From: a virus
Direction: 5' to 3' (one strand)
Length of the DNA stretch: 64,000 bases
Virus record (IMG/VR): IMGVR_UViG_3300005613_000020
Location: 32,885-96,884 of that record
Positions 17,882 to 28,258 of this stretch are shown one piece after another (position 1 is the first letter of the stretch; each line of letters begins with the position of its first letter). Below the pieces are notes generated by a model. That model saw only the letters and a program-made list of their open reading frames with translations, made no database searches and was not told the origin of the DNA. The position numbers and the translations under genes are program-made.

Positions 17882-20800
17882 TTAATATAGATCCTTAGTA
17901 ACCGCTCTGAAGTCCACCGTTCTTGTGGCGGTAACATCGGAGCTACATTGTATTGTAAATTTAAGAGCATGGCTTATCATGTTAAATTCAAAGTTTGGAT
18001 TTACATCACCAGCTCCTACGACATATTCAACCTTATCAATCAACCTATAATTACTACTATCAATCCTATTATATGCTTTTAGCGTTATAGTTCCGCCTTC
18101 TCCAGCAGTTTCCAGTTCTTCTAAATCAAAGTATATACTATAAGCATATTGGTCAGTCCTTGTAGCCGAAGTCGTGCTAATATCAGTTTCTGACGTATCG
18201 TTAGCCGTTGTCACACTATGAGTACTTATCTGAGTTACAACCGAAAGTCTATCTTTAAGATCTTCTAGTCTTTCTAGAACAGAGCCATCATCATCAGACG
18301 AAATTCCGCTAGAATCATATCCTGTAACAATAGTATCATACAAGTCGGGGGTTCCGTCAAACTCTACTCCTAACGCTGTACCAATAGCCGACATGGCCGA
18401 CTCTAGCGTAGTTTGGCTTCCGCCGAACATTGCCGGATCAAAAGTATTTGCTCCATCACATCCAAGAACGGCACAAACCGCTTGTACTGCCCCATCAAGG
18501 CTAGTTATTGCACCATTGCTAATATTAGTCCAGCCATCATAATCGTCCCCACCAACCAATGAGGTTAGGATTGCTCTAATCACCTCTGCTAAACTTACAC
18601 CGTTAGCCGGGTCAGCAGCTGCCGGGAATGAAGCAATACCATTTGTACCCCTAAGGTCCTCAATTATACTTTCAAGTCTTTCTGGAATGGAACCATCATC
18701 ATTCCTAGTAATATGGGAACTAGTCCATCCCTTGTTTAGTTTGCCATTTAACCAATCAAGTAGTGGTTGCTCGTAGATTAAAACAACATTATCAAAATGG
18801 AAATCCGTATTGGCATCAAGGCTTCCAAAGTTTAATCTGTCGATAAGGGCTGGATTCCACCCACCGCCGGTTCCATCTGGGGTACTTCTGAAATCAACGG
18901 AATAATAAGCTGATATAGCGCTTAGTTGAACATCCCAATATTTGTAATTGGTTGCATCGCTAACATCCTCCAATCTAACCTGGATGGTCGGAGTTCCCGT
19001 CGATGCCTTAGCTTGGAATACTACCGCGCTTATTTGGCCAAGTTCATAGGCATATCCAAATAGGTTTACATCAATACCTTTTCTAGCTTCACCGTCCCCC
19101 CCTGCTCCGACAGCAACCTTCATTGAGGTTGTACCGTATAGTGGAGAACCCTGTTCTCTAGTTATTGCGGAATTTCCAGTGCCGTCTGTCCATACCGCCT
19201 GCAACGCGGCATCGTTAATATATGATTCGAAAGCATCAAAAACTAGTATATTTCTTGTCGGCATCGAATCTGGATATCTACGCAATTCACTATGAGACCC
19301 AAACATAGTTGGAATTTGGAATGTCTGTCCGGCAATAGTCACCACAGCGCTTTCAAGTTTATACCTAACCAGATCACCCTGCTCCCAACTTGCTGATGGG
19401 AATGTATAGCTATAATGAGCATATCCATTGGCGACTGTCATGGCCTGCGACGATACAATGGCGTTCCAATCGGTATCAACACCCCTTCTGTATCTTTCAA
19501 TGGTTATTGTTGCGCTGGTAATTTCTCCTGATTGAACAACATCGCTATCTGGCCTCATGTTTAGAACAGATAGTGTTGCAATCTGCATGCTCGAACCGTC
19601 AACATTGGGGGAAGGATAACCAATAAATTCTGCCTTTATATAGGGCATGTCAAGAAGACTTCTTTGAGCAGTTGATCCATCAGCCCAAGTTTCCGCTGAT
19701 CCATCACCAACAAGAGCCTTGTATAGGGTTGTTCCAGTTCCGTCTGCTTCAAACCCAGTTCCCCCACCAGCAACAATTTGCATCGCAGCCTTTTCAGCCT
19801 CGTCCCTTTCAAGCATTGAACCATCAATATTCCCTACAACTGCACTTGAGTCATAAGCATTGTTGGCATTGTTATCCCCAATTATCCTCGCAACATCAAA
19901 AAGATTAAGGATTATATAAGAAACCCCTGATGCAACCGCATTTGGGAATCCGGGTTCAAATGTTAGCATGTCCGTTCCGTCATCAAAGTCACATATAGGT
20001 CTGGCTAGACCAGCATTTGCCCCATCAAGACAAACAAATACCGCGCCATTCCAATAATCATCTGCTTCCGTTCTTGAGGAATCAATAGCTGTGGTCGTAG
20101 TTCCTGCTCCATCAGTAGTTCCAGGAGTACCAAGAATTGATAGTATTCCCTCAAGTCGCTCTAGTACACTTCCATCATTGTTTGATACCACAGAACTTGA
20201 ATCCATGGCGTTATTAGCATTGTTAGCACCAATTGCACCTAAAACGGATGCTGCCAAATCGGTAACATTTGCACCATCTGTACCAAGAGCCGTAACCAAA
20301 CTTGGACTCCCATCATCTTCTAAACCAGTTCCAGTACCAGCTGGAGTAGCCCCCAAAGCTCCTTGAAGACCCCTTAAGAGATTAACTATAGTTGTAGTAG
20401 CAGCTGTTAGGTCAGAACTGTCATCTCGTTGTCCTACAACCGTATGTAAAGAATCATCAGGATCAGCAGGAGTCTGTCCAACGGTCTCCCTAATTGCCTT
20501 AAGATGTTCAACTAATGTATCCGTAGATGCTGGAGCAGTATCCATTGCTGGAGCAGCATCATCCCTCTGGCCTGAAATTGTATGCAGTGAATCATCCGGG
20601 TCAGATGGTGTTGCGCCAACTCTCTCAAGGATTGCCTTTGCAATGGATTCTAGGGACCAGCTACCAGGAGCTTGGTCCATTGCCGGGATTGCATCGGTCT
20701 TATTTCCAATTACATCCTTAGCTGTATAATTTCTTGTACTGTCAGCATTAGGTGGTCCCCCAACTTCAAGAAATACTGCAATATCTGGTATCTCTTGTTC

Positions 20801-22417
20801 ATGTAGAGTAGTTGCATCAGTTACCTTGATATCTGAAACAACAACTTTGCAAAAGTCGCCTGGCAACCATTCTGCATTAGGGAAATCATAAGTTCCGATT
20901 ACACATCCGTCAACATCACTCATAGTAACATCTGAAATTCCTACATTTGTCCAATCAGAATCAGTACCTTCCCTAAATCTAAGAGTATCAACGGAATAAT
21001 TAGTTATTTCAGCCGCCGTTGGTTCTACGTCCCTGAGATTGGTCAAAGAAATTCTAAATACCTCAATCCCTGTTCCAGCATTCATATCAACGCGGGGATT
21101 TTCGCACTTAGAAACTAGTGGTATAACCTCTTGCTCGTCAGCTTCAGTTGTCATCCTAGTAAAAAATACCGCAGTGCTTATGTCGGTTCTAACAGCTTCA
21201 CAAATCGTATCAGCAATATTGAAAGTATTAGAAAGATTGTTAGTTAATTGAATTGTTGTGGGATCTATAATCGATGCAATAGTATCCCACTCATCAGTAC
21301 CAGCACCATCGCTTAGATGGACGAGATTTCCTACAGTCCACTCACTTGAATCGTTAACCGTTACCAATTTTTGGCCTGATGCAGCTTGTACCGTAAACGC
21401 TTCAGAAGGTGTTCCATCTGCTCTAATATATCCACCAGAGAATGTAATTTTCATTAAATCCCCAGCATCAAGGTTCGCAGGGGTTGGAGTATAAGAAGCA
21501 TAAATAGTTCCTACTGATTCGCTAGCAGCACTAGAACCAACAAGGCTTGAAGAAGTTCCATCCTTTTGTATCCTATCTATAGTGTAATTGCCAGGCTCAA
21601 TCTCAACCGTAGTTGGAGGAGCGAAATCTGACAAAAGTTCTAATGCCCATGTGCATGGTTGATCATATCCAGCACTTGGCATTCCTTGCTTTACGTACTG
21701 CATAGTCTGGAATTCTAGTGACTTAACATCATCAATCAAACCATTTAACTTCGCATGAACAGAACCAACCTGTCCTACTCCTATTGCAGCTTCAGATCCG
21801 AAACCAACCATATCAACTAGTGAATGTTCATACACAAATATGATGTCATCAACATAGAATGTTGTTGCATCTGCCAAGTTTTCAAATGCAATTGTATCTA
21901 TTAGACTTGCATCAAACGATGCTCCCTTAGTTATTGCTGGAAAACTTTCCGTGTTATCCGTATCTAAATCTATTACATAGTCAGTATACTTGCCAGTACC
22001 TACTGTAAGATCTATATAAGCATAGTTATTTGATGAATCAGAAGCATCATATAATTTGAACCTGACTGTTTCATTTCCACTTGATCCTCCATGCATCATC
22101 TTAAGTGACACATATCTAAAAGACGGACGATCCCCGTCGCTTGGAAACATATGGCCAAATGTAGCAAAATCTATAGACCTATAAAGATCATCGCTTGCAG
22201 CTCCAGTAACTAGTTTAAGCGACTTTCCTCCACGCATGGGGGAAGTTGTCTCTAAAGTTACAGTTCCAGCCGTACTAGACCACACAGCCTGAATAGCTGT
22301 ATTATCAGCATATCCTTCCATATTGTCAAAGAGTCTTCCACTAACACCTTGATTGATTGCCCTGATACCTCCCGGACGGTCGGTTGGCTGAAAAGCATAG
22401 CTCCATGTAAATTTCAT
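17882..22417 (-). CDS. Large modular virion fibre/appendage protein (1511 aa)
   Basis: Two copies of a CBM-like domain (FDNMEGYADNTAIQAVW / FDAFESYINDAALQAVW); DGSxxER(L)E x4; TPxDPDDSLHT x2. Confidence 0.75.
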   Translation of the reverse strand: MKFTWSYAFQPTDRPGGIRAINQGVSGRLFDNMEGYADNTAIQAVWSSTAGTVTLETTSPMRGGKSLKLVTGAASDDLYRSIDFATFGHMFPSDGDRPSFRYVSLKMMHGGSSGNETVRFKLYDASDSSNNYAYIDLTVGTGKYTDYVIDLDTDNTESFPAITKGASFDASLIDTIAFENLADATTFYVDDIIFVYEHSLVDMVGFGSEAAIGVGQVGSVHAKLNGLIDDVKSLEFQTMQYVKQGMPSAGYDQPCTWALELLSDFAPPTTVEIEPGNYTIDRIQKDGTSSSLVGSSAASESVGTIYASYTPTPANLDAGDLMKITFSGGYIRADGTPSEAFTVQAASGQKLVTVNDSSEWTVGNLVHLSDGAGTDEWDTIASIIDPTTIQLTNNLSNTFNIADTICEAVRTDISTAVFFTRMTTEADEQEVIPLVSKCENPRVDMNAGTGIEVFRISLTNLRDVEPTAAEITNYSVDTLRFREGTDSDWTNVGISDVTMSDVDGCVIGTYDFPNAEWLPGDFCKVVVSDIKVTDATTLHEQEIPDIAVFLEVGGPPNADSTRNYTAKDVIGNKTDAIPAMDQAPGSWSLESIAKAILERVGATPSDPDDSLHTISGQRDDAAPAMDTAPASTDTLVEHLKAIRETVGQTPADPDDSLHTVVGQRDDSSDLTAATTTIVNLLRGLQGALGATPAGTGTGLEDDGSPSLVTALGTDGANVTDLAASVLGAIGANNANNAMDSSSVVSNNDGSVLERLEGILSILGTPGTTDGAGTTTTAIDSSRTEADDYWNGAVFVCLDGANAGLARPICDFDDGTDMLTFEPGFPNAVASGVSYIILNLFDVARIIGDNNANNAYDSSAVVGNIDGSMLERDEAEKAAMQIVAGGGTGFEADGTGTTLYKALVGDGSAETWADGSTAQRSLLDMPYIKAEFIGYPSPNVDGSSMQIATLSVLNMRPDSDVVQSGEITSATITIERYRRGVDTDWNAIVSSQAMTVANGYAHYSYTFPSASWEQGDLVRYKLESAVVTIAGQTFQIPTMFGSHSELRRYPDSMPTRNILVFDAFESYINDAALQAVWTDGTGNSAITREQGSPLYGTTSMKVAVGAGGDGEARKGIDVNLFGYAYELGQISAVVFQAKASTGTPTIQVRLEDVSDATNYKYWDVQLSAISAYYSVDFRSTPDGTGGGWNPALIDRLNFGSLDANTDFHFDNVVLIYEQPLLDWLNGKLNKGWTSSHITRNDDGSIPERLESIIEDLRGTNGIASFPAAADPANGVSLAEVIRAILTSLVGGDDYDGWTNISNGAITSLDGAVQAVCAVLGCDGANTFDPAMFGGSQTTLESAMSAIGTALGVEFDGTPDLYDTIVTGYDSSGISSDDDGSVLERLEDLKDRLSVVTQISTHSVTTANDTSETDISTTSATRTDQYAYSIYFDLEELETAGEGGTITLKAYNRIDSSNYRLIDKVEYVVGAGDVNPNFEFNMISHALKFTIQCSSDVTATRTVDFRAVTKDLY

Positions 22418-22452
22418 TGTTTCCTCCTACTTTATAGGATCTTCTACTATTA

Positions 22453-23055
22453 TTATCCTAGTTTTGTTACACTTGCAATAGTATGTTCATTTCCAGAATC
22501 TATATCTCTGTCACTACCGTGATCATGCCTTACATAAAACGACACGTATTGAGAACTTGTTAAATAGCACACCATTGATGCCTGTACAGTTGGTGCATAT
22601 GTACCAGGAACCATCAGAGTTGATCTTACAAGAACTGCACTACCTGCTTTTATTATAGCTTGACATTCATCTCCATCAGATAGAGTTTCCGCAAACCTCA
22701 CTATAAGCTGAACAAGATAATACCCATTCTCTGGTACATCAAATGTATTAGAAGCAAAATCGTTACCTACATCATAAAACTCTGTATCAAATGGTATTTG
22801 GCGATCTGATCCAGAAACAGCCGTAAAATCTGTGGATAAATATACTCTACATCCAACACCTAAACTAGGAGATACAGATGACCATGTGCCGTCATCCTTC
22901 AGATAATTTCCTACGTTAGTTCCCTTTGGAACAAGGCCATGGAGAGAAGTAGAAAAATCTAAATCCGTAGTATCATCAGGAGCGGCTAAATTATCTAATT
23001 TTACATCTTCAATCTTCTGCTGAGAATCACTTCTTACTGGATATTCAACTGCCAT
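22453..23055 (-). CDS. Short fibre with C1q/TNF-like head
   Basis: N-terminal repeat shared with 23055..26243; IPFDTEFYDVGNDF...FDVPENGYYLV C1q-like motif. Confidence 0.75.
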   Translation of the reverse strand: MAVEYPVRSDSQQKIEDVKLDNLAAPDDTTDLDFSTSLHGLVPKGTNVGNYLKDDGTWSSVSPSLGVGCRVYLSTDFTAVSGSDRQIPFDTEFYDVGNDFASNTFDVPENGYYLVQLIVRFAETLSDGDECQAIIKAGSAVLVRSTLMVPGTYAPTVQASMVCYLTSSQYVSFYVRHDHGSDRDIDSGNEHTIASVTKLG

Positions 23056-26000
23056 TATCCTTTCACCTCCGTCATTTCAACCCTGGCAACCCATCTAATA
23101 GTCTTTCCTACTTCGCCAGTTACCTTTATCTCAAGCCTATCATTCGCATCACTAACTGTTACATTAGCATCCCATGCTGCTGTATCCTCTGCTACAACAT
23201 CTTTAACTACATCTCCAACTAATGCGCTTGTTCCAGCATTGTTATCTGCACAACATCGGAAATAATACATAGCACTCTCATTATCGGAATCAGTTCTTCT
23301 AGCTACAATAGTTATTACAAATGCGTAACTTACATCACTCTGTAAATCAATATATTGACTTTCTCCTGCTCCATTTAGTGCAAGTTCCTTTACATCTGCA
23401 TTAGTTGTCTGAATACGGGCAATGCATACCGAAGTCTGTGCATCACCAGCTTCCGAGAAGTACCCAGAAGCTCGTGCATTCTGTCCGTACACGCTAGTCT
23501 TTGCTCTACTTCCAATCGCAGAAGCGTATGAATCCAAAGCAGAACATTGATAACCAGCTGCAAAAGACCCAGACCCAGAAGCCGTATTTTCTGTTCCAAG
23601 AACAGCTGCACCCGTAGCTGATGCTGTATTTTGGTTTCCAGCTGCAAAACAGCTATCTCCAGTTGCTTGCAGATTTTGTCCTAGTGCAACTGACCCGTTA
23701 TTAGTTGCATCGCTATCTACTCCTATCGCTAAACTGTATGAACCGCTTGCTTTAACGTTCCACCCAAAAGCATTCGAGTAGTCCCCCATATTGGCGTTAT
23801 CCCAATCAGTACCAGATACCTTACCAGCCCTAAAAGCTGCCTTTCCTTCATCAAACAAAAATCTTGAATCGTGGTCTGCATCCCCATCGTCGTCTAGTTG
23901 GGGAGAGCCAAATACAAAATCCTCATCGTATCCTGCTGTTCCTGTATCCTGTTGCACAACTGAACTTGACTCTTCAAAAGCCCCTCCACCAGCTACTGGG
24001 GTATCCCATGTACCATCGTCTTTAAGGAACTTGCCTGTATTAGTCCCCTTTGGGCATAGCCCATGGGCTGATGTACTAAAGTCCAAATCTGTATTATCAT
24101 CTGGAGTAGCAAGATCGTCAAGTTTTATTGCATCTCCGCCGCCAGATTGGTGGCTCGTATTATGAGCCTGCGGAGCATTAGAACCTGTAACATCGGCTCC
24201 GTCTGCTACGTTTATATCTGATCTTACTTGTGCCGCAGTTCTTCCTTCAATACCGTTGGCCGTAAACCTAGCATATTCATCATCAGCCGCCGCAGAGTCA
24301 TCTACTGTAACTAAGTGATTATCCGTAATTCCATGTTGTATTTGATGGGCATGATCGGCGCGAGCTAACGAATGTGATGATCCTTCACCAGCCGCTTGTA
24401 CTCCTGCAATTTCAGAAGCCGCAGCACAGTCAAGTGCATCACCTCCATCCTCTGGATCATGAGAATCCTTATGGGATTGCGGAGCATGATTTTGCACTTG
24501 GGCTTTCGTAGATCCTTCGAGAAGATCAGAATCATCAGCCATATCACATTGCCCATTATCACCTGTGTCGTAGGTTGATTTTAACATATCACCAGCACCA
24601 GAAGCCGCCCAAGTACCGTCGTCCTTCAGGAAGTTTCCAACATTTGTACCCTTTGGAACTAATCCATGCTTTGTTGTGCTAAAATCTAGGTCTGTATTAT
24701 CATCAGGTTCAGCTAGATCATCAAGTTTTATTGAGTCTCCTCCTCCAGACTGATGGCTAGTATTATGGGATTGAGGAGCATTATCTCCGGTAACGTCTGC
24801 ACCGTCAGCAACATTTATGTCTAACCTAACTTGAGCCGCTGTTCTTCCCTCAAGACCGTTAGCTGTAAATCTAGCATATTCATCGTCTGCTGCTGAAGCA
24901 TCGTCTACAGTTACTATATGGTTATCAGTAATTCCGTGCTGAATTTGGTGTGCATGGTCAGCTCTTGCTAGTGAGTGGGATGTACCTATACCAGCTGACT
25001 GAACACCGGCAATTTCAGACGCAGCTGCTGTATCAAGAGCATCTCCACCGTCTTCTGGATCATGGCTATCTTTATGAGCTTGGGGTGAATTATCTCCAGT
25101 TACGTCAGCTCCAGGATCTATTCCGTCCAATTTTGTTATTTGAGAAGATGTTGCTAATCCTTTTTGGCTATCCGTTGCATCTTGGATATCATCTGTACCA
25201 TCAGTGTGATTTGACGCATGATTATCTGGTGGCCTTGAATCACCGCTGTCGTCAAGAGTAGCATCTGAAATTATAGCGTTTATGTCTGCCAAGGTATCAG
25301 ATCCATGAGCACCCAAAACATGCGATTTCGGCGTATGGTCCTGAACCTGAGCCTTTGTCGAACCTTCTAAAAGATCAGAGTCATCGGCATTATCGCATTG
25401 ACCGTTATCTCCTGTATCATAGACTGATTTCAACATATCACCAGCACCAGAAGCACCCCAAGTTCCATCATCTTTTAAGAAATTTCCAATATTAGTTCCT
25501 TTTGGGACCAAACCGTGCTTTGTTGTACTGAAATCCAAATCTGTGTTATCATCTGGTTCAGCTAGGTCGTCAAGTTTTATGGAATCTGCTCCTCCTGATT
25601 GGTGAGAAGATGCGTGCGATTTTGGATCATTGTCCGCAGTAACATCGGCACCAGGATCTATTCCGTCCAATTTTGTTATTTGTGCCGCCGTAGCTAACCC
25701 CTTCTGGCTATCTGATGCATCCTGTATATCATCGGTTCCATCCGTATGGTCCGAAGCATGCGCAGTAGGTGGTCTTGAATCTCCACTATCATCAAGAGTA
25801 GCATCCGAAACAATTGTATTCAAATCTGCCAAAGTATCAGCCCCGTGAGAACCTAAAACATGCGATTTTGGAGTATGGTCTTGAACTTGGGCTTTTGTTG
25901 ATCCATCTAGCAACGCGGAATCATCAGCCCCGTCAACAACTCCATCATCATTGGTATCATATGCCGCTTTTGTCATATCTCCAACGCCAGCAGGGCTTGA

Positions 26001-26243
26001 CTCAAATTTATTTGCACTTGAGTTATAAATTATACCTTCACCGTCGGAAATACCAGTAAGATCTAAGTCATATCCTCCCAATTGACCATCAGATGAAACT
26101 CCTGTCATAGCTTTTAACTGAGCACCAGATTCCATCCAAAATTGCAAGCAGTGTGGACATTGATAGTATCTTCCCCCTCTATCGTCTTCTTGCAAAACTA
26201 GCGTGTTGTTTACGGTGTTTGGGCATATTTTACATTTTGGCAT
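23055..26243 (-). CDS. Long fibre protein: N-terminal Zn finger, modular His-knot repeats, YadA-like head repeats
   Basis: CKIC/CPHC; internal modular repeats; ASGxxSxAxG YadA-head-type repeats. Confidence 0.8.
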   Translation of the reverse strand: MPKCKICPNTVNNTLVLQEDDRGGRYYQCPHCLQFWMESGAQLKAMTGVSSDGQLGGYDLDLTGISDGEGIIYNSSANKFESSPAGVGDMTKAAYDTNDDGVVDGADDSALLDGSTKAQVQDHTPKSHVLGSHGADTLADLNTIVSDATLDDSGDSRPPTAHASDHTDGTDDIQDASDSQKGLATAAQITKLDGIDPGADVTADNDPKSHASSHQSGGADSIKLDDLAEPDDNTDLDFSTTKHGLVPKGTNIGNFLKDDGTWGASGAGDMLKSVYDTGDNGQCDNADDSDLLEGSTKAQVQDHTPKSHVLGAHGSDTLADINAIISDATLDDSGDSRPPDNHASNHTDGTDDIQDATDSQKGLATSSQITKLDGIDPGADVTGDNSPQAHKDSHDPEDGGDALDTAAASEIAGVQSAGIGTSHSLARADHAHQIQHGITDNHIVTVDDASAADDEYARFTANGLEGRTAAQVRLDINVADGADVTGDNAPQSHNTSHQSGGGDSIKLDDLAEPDDNTDLDFSTTKHGLVPKGTNVGNFLKDDGTWAASGAGDMLKSTYDTGDNGQCDMADDSDLLEGSTKAQVQNHAPQSHKDSHDPEDGGDALDCAAASEIAGVQAAGEGSSHSLARADHAHQIQHGITDNHLVTVDDSAAADDEYARFTANGIEGRTAAQVRSDINVADGADVTGSNAPQAHNTSHQSGGGDAIKLDDLATPDDNTDLDFSTSAHGLCPKGTNTGKFLKDDGTWDTPVAGGGAFEESSSVVQQDTGTAGYDEDFVFGSPQLDDDGDADHDSRFLFDEGKAAFRAGKVSGTDWDNANMGDYSNAFGWNVKASGSYSLAIGVDSDATNNGSVALGQNLQATGDSCFAAGNQNTASATGAAVLGTENTASGSGSFAAGYQCSALDSYASAIGSRAKTSVYGQNARASGYFSEAGDAQTSVCIARIQTTNADVKELALNGAGESQYIDLQSDVSYAFVITIVARRTDSDNESAMYYFRCCADNNAGTSALVGDVVKDVVAEDTAAWDANVTVSDANDRLEIKVTGEVGKTIRWVARVEMTEVKG
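23990..25990 (-). repeat. Intragenic modular repeats of the fibre gene (order A-B-C-A-B-D-C-A-D-C)
   Basis: Protein and DNA repeats, e.g. ccaggatctattccgtccaattttgttatt at ~25111 and ~25651. Confidence 0.9.
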
Positions 26244-26255
26244 AATTAACCTCCA

Positions 26256-26462
26256 CTAAATAATAAGTGATGCTACAATAGCTATAACTAAAGGTACCAT
26301 TACATACATAACTCCCTTAGTCCAAGCTCTAGCTGAGCTTACTTCCTCATATACAGTCTCTAATCCACCCATAACATCTTGGACATCATCCTTCAAATGC
26401 TCAAAATGATTTCCTAGAAAATTATCAAATTCTTCCTTTGTCAAAAACTCCTTATCATCCAT
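26256..26462 (-). CDS. Small coiled-coil + C-terminal TM protein (XhlA/holin-like)
   Basis: NHFEHL, coiled coil, C-terminal hydrophobic helix. Confidence 0.6.
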   Translation of the reverse strand: MDDKEFLTKEEFDNFLGNHFEHLKDDVQDVMGGLETVYEEVSSARAWTKGVMYVMVPLVIAIVASLII

Positions 26463-26470
26463 TCTATCAC

Positions 26471-28258
26471 CTACTTCTTCTTATTTACTAAAACCTTTGT
26501 AGGAGTCGGTGCAGGACTTGTCACCTCGGAAAATCCCTTCGGTGTCTTTAGTTTTTCCCTGTAAACTCTTTCATCTATAGTTGGCTTAGGCGCTGGCTTT
26601 GTGAGCCTTGCATACCCCCCGGGGGTTTTTAATTGTTCTGTGGTTTTGTTTTTGTGTTCCGGTGTTACCCATCTATGCGTAAGTTCACACCATACCAATC
26701 CTTGTCTTGGTGGTGAACCCGGAGCCTGCTTTTCAAGCTCTTCCTTAGCTATCTTTACGTATTTTTCAATATTCTTTTCATTCTCATCATTCATACGCTG
26801 CAATGGAGATCCCATTGCAGTTCTAAGTTTTCCTTGCATTGGAGCATTATAAGTTCTTCTCGTACGAGGAACCTGCATTCTTGGCTTTACCCCCATTCTA
26901 GGCATTGCACCAGGCATTTTTTGGCGATATCCACCTGGAGGACCTTGCTTTTTCATTCCAATAACTCTCTTCAATTCATCAAGAGAACTCTCGTTTTCTT
27001 TACACTCAGCTTTACTTGTACTAGGACTAGCTTTTGTTAGACGTTGAATAATTTCTCTAGCCTCTTTCTTACTAGGCCCTCCCATTACTAATGCCCCAGC
27101 ATCGGAATAACTTAGGGTCTTTCTAGCAACATTTAGTTGATGTCTTTCTGGAACTGAAAGCTTCTTACTTGGCCTTGCAGCCATAAGCTTACTATCAATA
27201 TTATCTTGCGTACTATCTGCTAATTTACTGTGTCTCCATCTTCTTGTCTCCTCATGCCACTCCGCACCAGCAAAGGGGGGAGGTCCAGGAGGACCCGACT
27301 TCTTTATGTCTTCCGTTCGATACTTAATTGATCCACAATACGCTTTAGGGTCTCTCTTATCCCTACTTCGTCTAACGCACTCGTCAAAGTCTTGATAGCC
27401 TGCAAATGGCTTCTTTATTTCAAGTTCTTTATTTTCCTTCTTAATTTTCCTGTAGGAATTCATCAAAGAACCAATTGCCAATGCAGCCAATGGACCAATC
27501 TTTTCAACCTCTTTCTTATCTGGAATGCAATTTTTATTTTTGTCCTCATTCTCAACTCGCTCAATTCTATGAATATTCATCCACTGAGGACGCTTTCTAA
27601 TTCCACCTTCCCCCTCTTCCTTCGGCATATGACCAACCGTTACTGTTTTGTCTGCGTCATACATCTTATTTGCCATTTTTCTTACCTCGCTAGTATCTCT
27701 CCTCCCTTTACTCGGAGTATGACTTGAATCATGTCTAGATATGCTATTGTCTAGATCTCTTTTTGCGTCTATTAGCCATCTCATCAAACTACCTTGTGCA
27801 TGAGGAAATTTTGGATTTATTTCTCTAGGAACTAAACCTATCTTCGTTCCTAAATGATTAGCAAGCTTTTTAGCTTCATCTAAGTCATCGTATGAAGCTC
27901 TCCCAGGTTTTGAGCTATTAAGCTTAGTAACGTGTTTCTTAGCTCCACTTACACTTTGGTGAATTACCTCATGATTAAGCTGTTCGCTAGGATTCAGTTT
28001 GCTATAATCCCGATGTCTCCACCTTCTTGTTTCTTCATGCCACTCGGCACCAGCAAAGGGGGGAGGTCCAGGAGGACCCGACTTACTAAATTCCTTATAT
28101 CTCCTAAGAATCTTATCCTTTGATAATCCAGTTCCTCTTGGAGGAAGATCTGAAGTTCCAAATTTACTTTTGTGTCGTTCTGATCTTTCTTCTTCAGTTC
28201 TAGGATTTCTAAATCTAGGAATATTATCGTTCATCTTAACACCCCCAGAAGTTTCCAT
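26471..28258 (-). CDS. Basic modular protein, putative internal head polyprotein (start may be MNDNIP at 28234)
   Basis: Three (G/A)PxxPP...W...RW modules; PFAGYQDFDECV...PKAYCG module; modules preceded by Lys junctions. Confidence 0.7.
   Translation of the reverse strand: METSGGVKMNDNIPRFRNPRTEEERSERHKSKFGTSDLPPRGTGLSKDKILRRYKEFSKSGPPGPPPFAGAEWHEETRRWRHRDYSKLNPSEQLNHEVIHQSVSGAKKHVTKLNSSKPGRASYDDLDEAKKLANHLGTKIGLVPREINPKFPHAQGSLMRWLIDAKRDLDNSISRHDSSHTPSKGRRDTSEVRKMANKMYDADKTVTVGHMPKEEGEGGIRKRPQWMNIHRIERVENEDKNKNCIPDKKEVEKIGPLAALAIGSLMNSYRKIKKENKELEIKKPFAGYQDFDECVRRSRDKRDPKAYCGSIKYRTEDIKKSGPPGPPPFAGAEWHEETRRWRHSKLADSTQDNIDSKLMAARPSKKLSVPERHQLNVARKTLSYSDAGALVMGGPSKKEAREIIQRLTKASPSTSKAECKENESSLDELKRVIGMKKQGPPGGYRQKMPGAMPRMGVKPRMQVPRTRRTYNAPMQGKLRTAMGSPLQRMNDENEKNIEKYVKIAKEELEKQAPGSPPRQGLVWCELTHRWVTPEHKNKTTEQLKTPGGYARLTKPAPKPTIDERVYREKLKTPKGFSEVTSPAPTPTKVLVNKKK

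Noticed and set aside
22860-28083. Near-identical DNA repeats as DGR template/variable regions
   Set aside because: No reverse transcriptase in the window; copies are in-frame coding and the differences I checked are mostly synonymous, not adenine-specific
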